Shown here in pieces: positions 1 to 11,211 of a stretch of 64,000 nucleotides of DNA. The position numbers and the translations under genes were made by a program. The notes under the pieces were generated by a model. The model made no database searches and was not told the origin of the DNA. It saw only the letters and a program-made list of their open reading frames with translations. How positions within the stretch are numbered: the stretch's first letter is position 1; the number at the start of each line of letters is the position of its first letter. Origin of the DNA: Octopus sinensis (lineage: Eukaryota); the NCBI RefSeq assembly GCF_006345805.1, contig NC_043007.1, positions 26,846,001 to 26,910,000 on the forward strand, in the 5' to 3' direction.

Positions 1-237
1 ACTAAAAATAAACCCGACCACTTGCAAAAGTTAAGTAAAAAAACAGGAAAAATAAACCAGGATACTTGTCCGGCACCGGACCGATCTCAAAATCTAATCG
101 GTTTTTGCCAATCACGAGGCCAACTATCTCTGAAAGTTTCATCGGAATCCGTCCAGCAGTTCTTGAGATATCTTGTCAACAGACAAACAAACACGACTGA
201 AAACAATACCTCCGTCTTAGCGAAGGCGCAGGTAATT
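1..237 (+). mobile_element. 3' end of a non-autonomous Helentron/HINE (DINE-1-like) element, truncated by the window edge
   Basis: Contains AAAGTTTCATCGGAATCCGTCCAGCAGTTCTTGAGATATC, a short ACAA/AGAC repeat, then a terminal hairpin TACCTCCGTCTT-AGCG-AAGGCGCAGGTA (207-234). This layout is typical of HINE-like elements; family assigned from recalled architecture. Confidence 0.5.
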
Positions 238-243
238 AGAGAA

Positions 244-245
<2 letters not shown>

Positions 246-277
<32 letters not shown>

Positions 278-373
278 AAAGAATTACAGACTGAAATAGA
301 GAGATAGTGATAGAGAGCAGAGATAGTGAGAGAGAGATAGAACAGAGATAGTGAGTGAGTGAGAGAGTGAGAG
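246..373. repeat. (GA)n-rich microsatellite
   Basis: Read directly from the sequence. Confidence 0.9.
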
Positions 374-2589
374 ATATTAAAAGCTACTTAAAGTGTATAT
401 GACTAATTGTTGAAAGTTTGTCGACCTGTTTGCTTTGCTGATCTCTTACATGACTATACTGATCCTCTTTTCTCTTCTATTCTCTAGGTATGTAATCGTT
501 TCCACTGTTTCCGTGCGAAGACAGCTCAAAGACTGTATGTAAGATTTACAAATTTACTTTTTCTTCTTTTCATATAAACTCTATGACATAAGATCTGTAA
601 TCTCTCTTAATCCCAAGTAATCTCTCGCAAGATCATCTTCAGATATTCACGAAACAACTTTATTTACTTCGGTTAAACCGGTTAAACGTAAGGAGAAGAT
701 AAACTTACAAGTTTTAGCTCCTCACGTTTCGAGTTCAAATGAAACTGAGTTGAACTTTGACATTTATCTTTTCTGAGTCGAGCGCTATAATAATTGCCAA
801 ACTAGCAATGAAGAATCTTCAGCACGCCCGATAAACAGCTAAACGGCATTCCTTCCGACTCTTTACATTTAGAGTTCGAATCCTGCCTAGATCAGCATTA
901 TCGCGTATCCCTCCGGGGGAAAAATACTGCGTCCATTATTTTCGACTTGTCCACTTCCCTCAAATGTTGCTGACCTTAAACCCTGCAATGATCTGATGGC
1001 TGTTCAGAGAAATTTTGTGATCTCTGTCACTTAAATGGCATTGAAGAATGGTAATCGAATTTGGACACGAGGAAATTAAATCAAAAACAATTATTGTATC
1101 GTTTATGAATTTATTTTTTGTAAAATTCCTGATGTGAAATCGTGTCTTGAAACATTGTTATACTTCGAGACGGTCATTTCTTTTTTTTTTTTCATTTCTG
1201 CCAAATAAACACACGCACTATCCATTTGTTCTTCACTCGTTTATTATCGTTCATATTTTATCTTATATCCACTGTCTACCAAGAACGATTATATAGTGCG
1301 TGTGTTTATTTGGTAAGTAAAAGATGGGACCATAGCAAAATAATTGTAACGGTCTTCTTTAACCTTCTATTTGTGGTTATGTAGTAAATCATTACGAGAT
1401 AGGAGTTTGGTCAAATTATTACAACTGTGTTCGTATTAGTTCCCTAAGGACCGAATTCAAATCAAAAGATTTCGCTTTCGACACAAAAATGAACGCTATC
1501 AGATTGTTGTTATTGTTGTAGTTGTTGTCGTCGAATTCGTTTTCATCGTCGTTGGTGTTGTTGTTGTTGTTGTTTTTGCAGCGATTATGTCAGCAGTAGT
1601 CAGGCTCTTCTTTCCTATTTGCTATTTTCATTGTGTTGGCAGAACGGTCTGGGATGGCCGACCGTTCCACAACCGTGGCTTTCCGACCGTCTGCCCTCCA
1701 CAATTCCTCTTAGTTGCGCTCCGTTGCAGTATCAGTTCGTATTCTTTACGTTCTGGTTTCAAAATCCTCATTCCAGGCTTAATACTCGAGCACACGGCCC
1801 CTCGTTCACCTCGCAAATCCTCATTAAATCAATGGCATAGAAAAGCCGGAAACATTTTAGAGGGGTCTCATACTGAAACGCATTGAAAACTGCTGAAAAT
1901 TAGCAAAGGAAGAATCATATTCACAACAAATAACTGAAATAGATATGACAGATATGTGGGGGCCACAGAGGTATAGTTTCAAATTGTAATGGAAACCCTA
2001 TCATTTCACATATGACCAATGGCTTTAAACCAGGCAAACACGTCATTTAATCCCGTTCCAAGATTATCTATGGCCTGCAAATTTCGTTCCTAGTTAATTA
2101 AACTATTGCAATGAATATGAATTCCATTTCTGAAATGTCAAAGTAGGAAAGTTAATCTAGACCTGGATTGAAACAGCTGACCCCTCCCACGAAATTCCAG
2201 GCCCTTCCTGCTAAAATTTTAAACAATCGTGACTATTTTATTAATACTCCAACAATCTTTTTACACAAAAAAACAAAACAAAATCACCCGCATAAATATA
2301 CACACCTACGTACAACAGGGGAATATATTATTCAAAGATGTTACTTGAATGAAAAGTAATACTTAAATTACGTCTAGAATATTTGATGCACATTCTCTTA
2401 TTCTTTAGAGGTAATTGCGTGTAATGTTGTTTGCAATACTTCGTCGTGGGTTTTTAACAGACCGTACAAGTTTCGGTTTTGACATGACGCCGTCAGTACA
2501 GCAACAGAAGCCTTGTGTGAAATTTTTCGTATAAATATCCGAAAGTGTAACACTCATCAAAATAATTAAAATATATCAGCGTAGCCTTA

Positions 2590-2888
2590 CATTGTTCCTT
2601 CTCAAGCCATGCCTGGCTCATAGGGCTGGTTTCCCGGTTTCCTTGGCGTGTAGGTTCCCCACCTGGACGGGACGCCGGTCCGTCACAGGTGAGCTGCAAG
2701 ATGCAGGAGGAAAGAATGAGAGAAAGTTGTGACGAAAGAGTCAGTAGAAGTTCGCCATTACCTTCTGCCGGAGCGACGTGGAGCTTAGGTGTTTTGCACA
2801 TAAACACACACATCGCCCGGTCTGAGATTCGAACCCCCGATCCCCCGACTGTGAGTCCGCTGCTTTAACCACTAGGACATGTGCCTCC
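2590..2888 (-). mobile_element. tRNA-derived SINE, family C (tail variant 1)
   Basis: Reverse strand starts GTGGAGGCACATGTCCTAGTGGTTAAAGCAGCGGACTC...GGTTCGAATC (Pol III A/B-box-like). It shares the AAAACACCTAAGCTCCACG...ACAACTTTCTCTCA core with copies at 6149 and 47159. Confidence 0.8.
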
Positions 2889-3349
2889 ACAGCGTTTACG
2901 TTAGTGACTCTCAATTACAAAGTCCAATGATTTTTAACAAATAAGAATATTTTTTTTCCAAATTAAATGATGTCCTTCGGATAAACTTTGATATTTGTTT
3001 GTAGACAAGACACAGCTTTGAAGATATTTCTGTTAATTGAAAATCATTGGCGTATTAGAGTCAATAACCGCCTTCGATAAGTTGGAAAAAAATCCACATA
3101 CATTCAAAAGTAATTTCATGTAAATACGAATAGTATTACTTGAATAATTAAAAAGTTAATTATGTAAAAACATTAGTTAGTTTCCTTACCCCAGTATATT
3201 TTTTTGTTTTAATAATTTATACTATCCAAAGATAACACTTAACCGTTTTAATTATATTACTCTTTACACAATATTGCTCGTTAAGCGTACAGAGTATATC
3301 ATTCTGAAGAGGTTTAATAAGCTGAAACATATCCATAGTTGTCATATAA

Positions 3350-3750
3350 GGCGGCGAGCTGGCAGAAACTTTAGCACGCCGGGCGAAATGCGTAGCCTTA
3401 TTTCGTCTGCCGTTCCGTTCTGAGTTCAAATTCCGCCAAGATCGACTTTGCCTTTCATCCTTTCGGGGTCGATAAATTAAGTACCAGTTACGCACTGAGG
3501 TCGATATAATCGACTTAATCCCTTTCTCTGTCCTTGTTTGTCCCTTCTGTGTTTAGCCCCTTGTGGGTAGTAAAGAAATAGGTATTTCGTCTGTCTTTAC
3601 GTTTTGAATACAAATTCCGCCGAAGTCGACTTGGCCTCTCATCCTTTCGGAGTCGATAAATTAAGTACCAGTTACGCACTGGGGTCAATCCATGTGTCTG
3701 ACCTTGTTCGTCCCATCTGTGTTTAGCCCCTTGTGGGTAGTAAAGAAACA
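3350..3750 (+). mobile_element. SINE family A, head-to-tail dimer with target-site duplication
   Basis: GGCGGCGAGCTGGCAGAAAC head, GAGTTCAAAT B-box, GCCTTTCATCCTTTCGGGGTCGATAAA core, tail TTAGCCCCTTGTGGGTAGTAAAGAAA. The second unit restarts at 3581. Flanked by GAAACATATCC(A/C)TAGTTGTCAT at 3324 and 3751. Confidence 0.9.
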
Positions 3751-4630
3751 GAAACATATCCCTAGTTGTCATTTTAATGAGTCTGTCAATTTTTAATTTC
3801 TCTGAATTTCTCCTCCCTTCTTTTTGAGGGTCGCTTAGAGCATTTTTAATTAAGAACACGTTGCGTAAAACGTTCCGCCCAACTCCCTTTCGGTTATCCA
3901 ATGAAAACATTTTTTTCCATAGAACTAATATAATTTTCCTTGAGGCATAATTAATTAAAGCTAACATTTTAATAGTTTATTTGTTTACGGTGTTAGCGCA
4001 AACTTAACTTAAAAAATAATTATATTCGAGACAGCTATTTCGCAATATTTAAATAAAATTTATAACATTTTGAAATGATATCTATTTAAACAACTCTATG
4101 AAATTTATATAAGTTCAAGTGCCATAAAAATGCCTTATGTAACAGAACGCTCTTTACAGAATTTTGCCAAGACTAACACATCTTTCCTCTTTACAATATT
4201 TGTATTTTTTCGTTATTTCCTTCTTGTTTACAATATTTGATTTCATATGCCTCCATTTCTAAGATGAATTCTCAGTAGAATTGAAGTTGGCGCTGAATAT
4301 CTCGTGGTCGATAAAACGAGAGTTAGTGACACATTGAAAAATTCTAACAGGTGACGTTGCCATCTTTATCATTGTTTCATTAAGGCAAACAAACAGCAAC
4401 AATTGATACAATTTTTTTTGTTACGAAAATCGAAATCGTTGAACTGCATTGAGTTCCTTCCTAAGACTCGGTTTCGCTTCCTATGTTAGCTGATTCTTGT
4501 TCCATCGATACGTTCGGATAATTGTAGTGTATATATCTTGTCGGCCATAATTGCTAGCTATTCTAAATGTATTCCACACATGACAATCTACTCTGGATAT
4601 ATATATTTATATATATATATATATATATAT

Positions 4631-5165
4631 ATTTCGTCTGCCGTTACGTTCTGGGTTCAAATTCTGCCGAGGTCGACTTCACCTTTCATCCTTTCAGGGT
4701 CGATTAAATAAGTACCATTTACGCATTGGGGTCGATATAATCGACTTAATCTATTTGTCTGTCTTTATTTGTCCCCTCTGTGTGTAGCCCCTTGTGGGCA
4801 GTAAAGAAATAGGTATTTTGTTTGTCTTTACGTTCTGAGTTCAAATTCTACCGAGGCTGACTTTGCCTTTGATCCTTTCGAGGTCGATTAAATAAGTACC
4901 AGTTATTCACTTGTATCGATGTAATCGACTCAATCCGTTTGTCTCTCCTTGTTTGTCCTCTCTGTGTTTAGCCCCTTGTGGGTAGTAAAGAAATACATAT
5001 TTCGTTTGTCTCTACGTTCTAAATTCAAATTCCGCCGAGGTCGACTTTGCCTTTCATTCTTTCGGGGTCGATAAATTAAGTACCAGTTGCGTACTGAGGC
5101 CGATCTAATCGATTGAGCCCCCCTCCCCCAAAACTTCGGGTCCTGTGTCTAGAGTAGGAAATGAT
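4631..5165 (+). mobile_element. SINE family A, three tandem headless units
   Basis: Three consecutive units of about 180 bp, each starting at TATTT(C/T)GT and carrying the same core. The last unit has a different tail. Confidence 0.88.
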
Positions 5166-5771
5166 ATTTAGCACTTAAAATTAACATATTGAGTCTTCAA
5201 ACTAGCTCAACGATTCTTCAGTTTGGTTCTTTTATAAGCCAGGATAATAATAATTTGAAATTATGGCACGAGTTTTGGAGCGAGTAGGTTAGTCGATACC
5301 ATCAACTCTACTACTTGTCTGGTATTCATTTTAATCTTCCCCAGAAGCAGAAAACCTGTAAATACAAAGTTGAATCTGGTGAAAGAATTCCTCCTACACG
5401 TTTCTTCTGACGCTTTAACGACTCTACCAGGTCGTCGACTTTTATCTAAACTAATAATATAACCACTACCTTCCAAACCTGCATAGACATCTTTTTCTTT
5501 TATTTTAAATCACAGACTTAATATTGAATGATAAACAAAACTTCCAAACTTATTGAATTTTTCAAAGAAATCTTTCTGCTGTCAGTATATAAAGAACAAA
5601 GTTAGTTTACCGAATTAATATATAAGGTACCTCAAATATTTTTGTGTTTGTTTTATTGTGCTTATTATATTAAAGAACGTTATATTGCTATAGAGTTTTT
5701 TTTAGATCTTATTTTCTTAATTTATTATATTTTCCTTTATTTTGGTATGTTTTTTTTTATTTCTTTTTCAG

Positions 5772-5944
5772 TGCAGATATTTTGCAGAAAGACAAAATAA
5801 CGAATTAGAATTTATTTCAAAACGCTTGAAGTATGTCGGTGATGATGTAAACCTTCTCTGGAAAACAGAGACAAATAGTAATTTTCGGCAAGCATTGCTT
5901 CTGCGTTACTCTTCCCGTACTGTCTGGCGAAAAGCGGTGGTGGA
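5772..5944 (+). CDS. Candidate internal exon of an unidentified host gene
   Basis: Long polypyrimidine tract ending TTCTTTTTCAG, 173 nt open in one frame (CRYFAERQNNELEF...RKAVV), then a GTAAGC donor exactly where the frame would stop. No homology recognised. Confidence 0.3.
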
Positions 5945-6148
5945 GTAAGCAACACGATCATTAACAGCGACTGTTAAGCAAAGAGAGAGGTTCTGGTTCT
6001 AACTGCGACGAATGCCAGCCATAAACCATTCGAAAGCCACCCTTCTTTTCTATACCATTAAATTATATTTTGCAGAGTTTGAACTCCTGTAATCATTAAT
6101 CTCCTGGATCAGGAATCATATGATCCTAAACAACAACAGCTCCTCGTA

Positions 6149-6630
6149 GAGGCGCAATGGCCCAGTGGTTAGGGCAGTGGACTAGCGGTTTTAAGAGCGC
6201 GCTTTCGATGCCCAGACCGGGCGTTATGAGTGCTTATTGAGCAAAAACACCTCAGCTCGACGAGGCTCCGGTGAGAAGTGGTGGTGAACCCCTCTGTCCT
6301 CTTTCACCACAACTTTCTCTCACTCTTTCTTCCTACTTCTGTCACAAAGCAGAGGAACCACGGTGTAACCCACTATGGTGTGGTAAAACTTTCAGACTCT
6401 AGTCTAGATTGCGAATCCTCTGTACCCCACGATGGTTCAGGTCTCCACCCGTTAAAAACCACCGTTTACGGAATGAGGATAACAACGTAGCTTTCGCGCC
6501 CGTGCAACCGCCAGTCTATCACGTGTGGTGCGTGGATCTTCAAGTTGCCACACGCATTCTTAGAAGCTTAGAGAGGCTCGAATTATTCTTTGTGGCTAAT
6601 GGCCTGATTCCTGATTGGAAGAAGAAGAAG
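6149..6630 (+). mobile_element. tRNA-derived SINE, family C (tail variant 2)
   Basis: GAGGCGCAATGGCCCAGTGGTTAGGGCAG head, shared core, (GAA)n tail. Flanking ACAACAGC(T/C)CC duplication at 6133 and 6631. Confidence 0.8.
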
Positions 6631-6646
6631 ACAACAGCCCCCCTCC

Positions 6647-6682
<36 letters not shown>

Positions 6683-6748
6683 TTACATAACATTGTTACT
6701 TAATCGAAGCGGTGCGAGATATCCTAATTAACACTTTTGTTTACAAAT

Positions 6749-7030
6749 GACGCGTGGTGTAGTGGTTGAGGTGATCGGCTCACGGTCGTAAAATCGCAAG
6801 TTCGATTCTCGACAGCGCCTTGTGTCCTCCAACAAGACTCTTTCTTTCTTGTTGCTGCAGTCCACTCAGCCGGCAAAAATAAGTAGTACCTGTTATTCAA
6901 AGGGGTCAGCCTTATTACATCCTTTGTCGCTCCAAATCTCCCTGAGAAGTACGTTAAGGGTACATGTGTTTGTGGAGTACTCGGCCAGATACACGTTAAT
7001 TTCCTTAGCTGGCTGTTCCATTGATTGGTG
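6749..7030 (+). mobile_element. tRNA-derived SINE, family D (diverged)
   Basis: GCGTGGTGTAGTGGTT A-box, AGTTCGATTC B-box, then GTGTCC...CAGTCCACTCAGCCGGCAAAAAT shared with the copy at 7538-7676. Confidence 0.7.
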
Positions 7031-7299
7031 ATTGTTCCTTTGTTTCTACTACAGATACTGGAGCCTAACTCTGAGTTTCCGAGGTACGAAACGCAAAGAT
7101 TACAAGTGAAGCAGTTGAAATCAGAACGTCAAATGCCGGAACAAGTGCCGTTATTTTATTATTCCGGCTCTTTACCTCCAAAATTCAAATACCGCCGATA
7201 CCAACGGTCACTTTTAATCCTATAGGCTCATTAGTTCAAATGCTGGAGTCGATATTATTGATTAAGGTACATCTCAATGAGTCGATATCATTGATTGAA

Positions 7300-7530
7300 G
7301 GCGGCGAGCTGGCAGAAACGTTAGCACGCCGGGCGAAATGCCTTGTGGAATTTCGTCCACCGCTGCGTTCTGAGTTCAAATTCCACCGAGGTCGACTTTG
7401 CCTTTCATTCTTTCGGGGTCGATAAATTAAGTACCAGATACGCACTGGAGTCGATGTAATCGACTTAATCCATTTGTCTGTCCTTGTTTGTCCCCTCTGT
7501 GTTTAGCCCCTTGTGGGTAGTAAAGAAATA
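7300..7530 (+). mobile_element. SINE family A, full-length monomer
   Basis: Complete head, core and tail. AGGTACATCTCA is duplicated at 7265 and 7530. Confidence 0.9.
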
Positions 7531-7537
7531 GGTACAT

Positions 7538-7676
7538 CTCATTTTTGCCAACTGAGTGAACTGGGGCAACGTGAAGTAAAGTGTTTTGCTCATGGACACG
7601 ACACGCCGACGGGGATTGAACTAACAACCTTAGGATCGCCTGACCAATACCTTAACCACTAAGCCACGCATCTCCC
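7538..7676 (-). mobile_element. SINE family D, 5' part
   Basis: Reverse strand GCGTGGCTTAGTGGTTAAGG...AGTTCAATCC...GTGTCCATGAGCAAAACACTT...CAGTTCACTCAGTTGGCAAAAATGAG. Confidence 0.7.
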
Positions 7677-7889
7677 AAGCCACTCCATAAAGTGGTATTA
7701 AATTATATTGGAATGATTAGAGATAATGAGATTATCCGTTCTATAATGCTGTACTGATGACAGCATTTCATTGAAACTATTTGCATAACATATTTTCTGA
7801 TAGCTACCCATAATGAGTCACGTGTCTCGAATAGGGATACACTGTATGTAAAAAGGGTGCAGTATTTGTGTCCCCAAATTATCCATTAT

Positions 7890-8169
7890 ATGTGTGTGTG
7901 TTTAATAGTTGAGTGTTTCATATATTATAGATATGGTATTTATATGATCCAACGCATGTGTTGGTTCGACAATACGCATACGCATACACACAGATCCACA
8001 CACACATTTATGTATATACAGACACATATACAGTTCTATATTCTTATAATTACGTAATCACGTGTGTGTGTATACAAGTGAGCATATGCGAACGTGAGTA
8101 TATGTGTGTGTGTGTATGTATGTGTGTTTGTATGTATGCATGTGTGTGTTTAACAGTTCGATGTTTCAT

Positions 8170-8239
<70 letters not shown>

Positions 8240-8446
8240 TGGTATTAATATGATCCAACGCATGTGGGATTAGACAGCACACACACATGCATACGCACAC
8301 GCACGCACGCACACAGATTCACACACACATCTATGTATATGCACACACATATACATCTCTCTATATATACTTATATGTTCATATAATTACGTATTTACAA
8401 ACACGTGTGTGTGTATAGTACACGCACGAGCATATGTAAACGTGTG

Positions 8447-8450
<4 letters not shown>
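7890..8450. repeat. Old local tandem duplication (two units of about 250-310 bp)
   Basis: Anchors TGTTTAA(T/C)AGTT, ATATGATCCAACGCATGTG, ATAATTACGTA and GAGCATATG recur in the same order. Confidence 0.7.
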
Positions 8451-8509
<59 letters not shown>

Positions 8510-9766
8510 ATGCATTCAGATGCACGATTGCATTAGATTCTAGGAATTCAAATATAACTACACATACACGAACACACACATAAAAACATGCGTACAGAAA
8601 CACACACACAACTGCAAACCCAAACACACACACAAACACACACACACTTATATTCATTTTATATATGGAACTGTTCTCTATAACATTTTGCTTGGCATTA
8701 ATTAATTATTTACTGTTACAATGAATAGATGTATGAATATTTATATATATTTTACATTTTATAAAATGTATTCAAATCTAAATCTAATATTTAATTAGTT
8801 TTAAGTTTACGATATTTGTTGCCATACAACAGTCATTACTGCAGATTCTGCAGACAATATTTAAAATATCTGCAAAATTCCAGTAAAGCAACGCTTCCAC
8901 AGGTATGCAGAGAGCGCCGCAGTGAACGATGAGTTTTCAATAATCAAGTAGATATGCGGCAGCGTGTTATAATACAAACAATATTCATTATTCAAACTCT
9001 TCCGGCAATATATTGCACATTGTTGAAATCCGATAAATGCTTTCGGCAAAGTGCATTTATCTGTTTCATTACAGACAACTATTTTTTTGTTGCTGCTGTT
9101 ATTCTTATGGTTTTTTTTTGTTTTGTTTTGTTTTGAGTGTTTGTTATTTATTTTTTCGTATGCTTCAGAAAAGCTGTGAAGAACAGGTATTTAATGAAAT
9201 TACAAAAACATAATGTAATATAGATATAAATCCTCTCACACTGTGTCTGCGTATATCTTTGTATATTCGAATGTGAGGAAGAATCCAGCTGCACAAAACA
9301 CTTTTCTCCATTTCTCCGCCATGTTTCCTCCATTATTTCACGACAAATAAACCAATGCATACATGCATTCATAGATACATAGGTACATACATGCATGCAG
9401 TTACAAACACAGATATACATATATATATGAATGTGTATGTATGTGTAGTGTAAATAATATGAACAATAATGAATGATAACGCAGGACACCTAATGTTTAA
9501 CAAATAAGATAACAGCTTAACACATTTATAGAATATGGACACTGTTAACTTTTCGGACGTTAGTCTGTTATCAGACTAACGAGGGATGCGGAACCGGTGT
9601 GAGAAAGTACAATAGTGATTGAGAGAGAGCATATATATATAAATATATATATATACGTGTGTTTCAGATGATCAATTGCATTTTCTTGCTCTCACAGGCC
9701 ACACAGGCAAAAATCACCACTTTTGCAGTTTTTTGCACCAGGAAATGACATTTTCAACTTTCTCGT

Positions 9767-9912
9767 GCGGTTCGGCAAAAGCAACCGATAGAGTTACTAT
9801 TAGGCTTCCAAAGAATAAGTCCTGGGGTCGATTTGCTTGACTAAATGCAGTGCTCCTGCATGGCCGCAGTCAAATGGCTGAAACAAGTACAACAGTAAAA
9901 AGAGTAAAAGAA
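9767..9912 (+). mobile_element. SINE family B, 3' half
   Basis: GCGGTTCGGCAAAA...GAATAAGTCCTGGGGTCGAT...GCATGGCCGCAGTCAAATGGCTGAAACAAGT, matching the full copy at 30124. Confidence 0.8.
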
Positions 9913-10449
9913 TATATATATATGTATGTATGTATGTATGCATGTGTGTGTGTAGGTATATATGTGTAAGTATGTTTGTATGCATATACATGGCCTACAC
10001 TCTTCAACAGAAAGGAATAAGAGAAAATAAACAGAGAGAGATTGAAAAACAACACTTGTAGTTTTCAGCATTCTAAAACGGTGTATATAGATGTGCGTGT
10101 CTGTATTTCGTGTATATATTGAAAAATATCGAAGCGTACTCATAATAATTTTAGTATTACAATTAATCGGTGACATAACTGGGTCCATTAGCCTCGTCGC
10201 AGCGTAATGATACAACTTGAAAGCTGGATTTCAGAGAGTGTCTCTTTGTATAATGGAGCAACGAGAAATTCGATGCTTTTGAGAGCTGATTCTGTGACCG
10301 ATCTAGCAATCGGAAATAAACACTATGGCCGTGAGATCAAAATTCTAACCGATACATCACACCTATATAAATACACATATACATCCACACATAGAAAGTC
10401 ATAAACAGGCAGACAAAGAGAGAGAGACAAATATGTACATCCATGCGTA

Positions 10450-10625
10450 CCATCACCTCGCAGACAATTCTCTTATGCTCCTATAAAGAAAGCATCCTTC
10501 ATTAGATTTTCCATCTTGATTCCCAGGCGCGACTAACTTAGAGAATGTATATTATCCAACCATTTCATTCTCGGTCTACATATAGGTCCCGCAATGCGGA
10601 TGGTTGAAGCAGAGCTAACTGGCAT
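10450..10625 (-). mobile_element. Degraded 3' end of an RTE-clade (Expander/Rex3-like) LINE
   Basis: Reverse translation RPRMKWLDNIHSLS*SRLGIKMENLM resembles the RTE C-terminal GRPRTRWxDxIxxLxWxRLGI motif. Confidence 0.55.
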
Positions 10626-10726
10626 CTGTGTGTGTGTATGTACGTGTACATATGTATGTATGCATGTATACACGTATATATATATAGAGAGGGAGAGAGA
10701 GACAGACAGACAGAGAGAGAGAGAGC

Positions 10727-10797
<71 letters not shown>

Positions 10798-11011
10798 TAT
10801 ATATATATACTATATTTACTGATTAGAATCATACCGCAGTTCTATCGTTTCTCAAATTCAGTATAAGCATGCACACACACTCACGCAAACAGATGTGTCT
10901 GTATATACATACATAGCTACATATATATACGTAATATATATGTACGCATGTATGTTTGTATGCTTATATATACACACATAAATATATTTATATAGATATA
11001 TAAATTGATAA

Positions 11012-11200
<189 letters not shown>

Positions 11201-11211
11201 AAGGTAGTTAT

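Noticed and set aside
1587-1886. 99-aa ORF over the GC-rich patch
   Set aside because: No recognisable motif or splice context; the hairpin better explains the composition.
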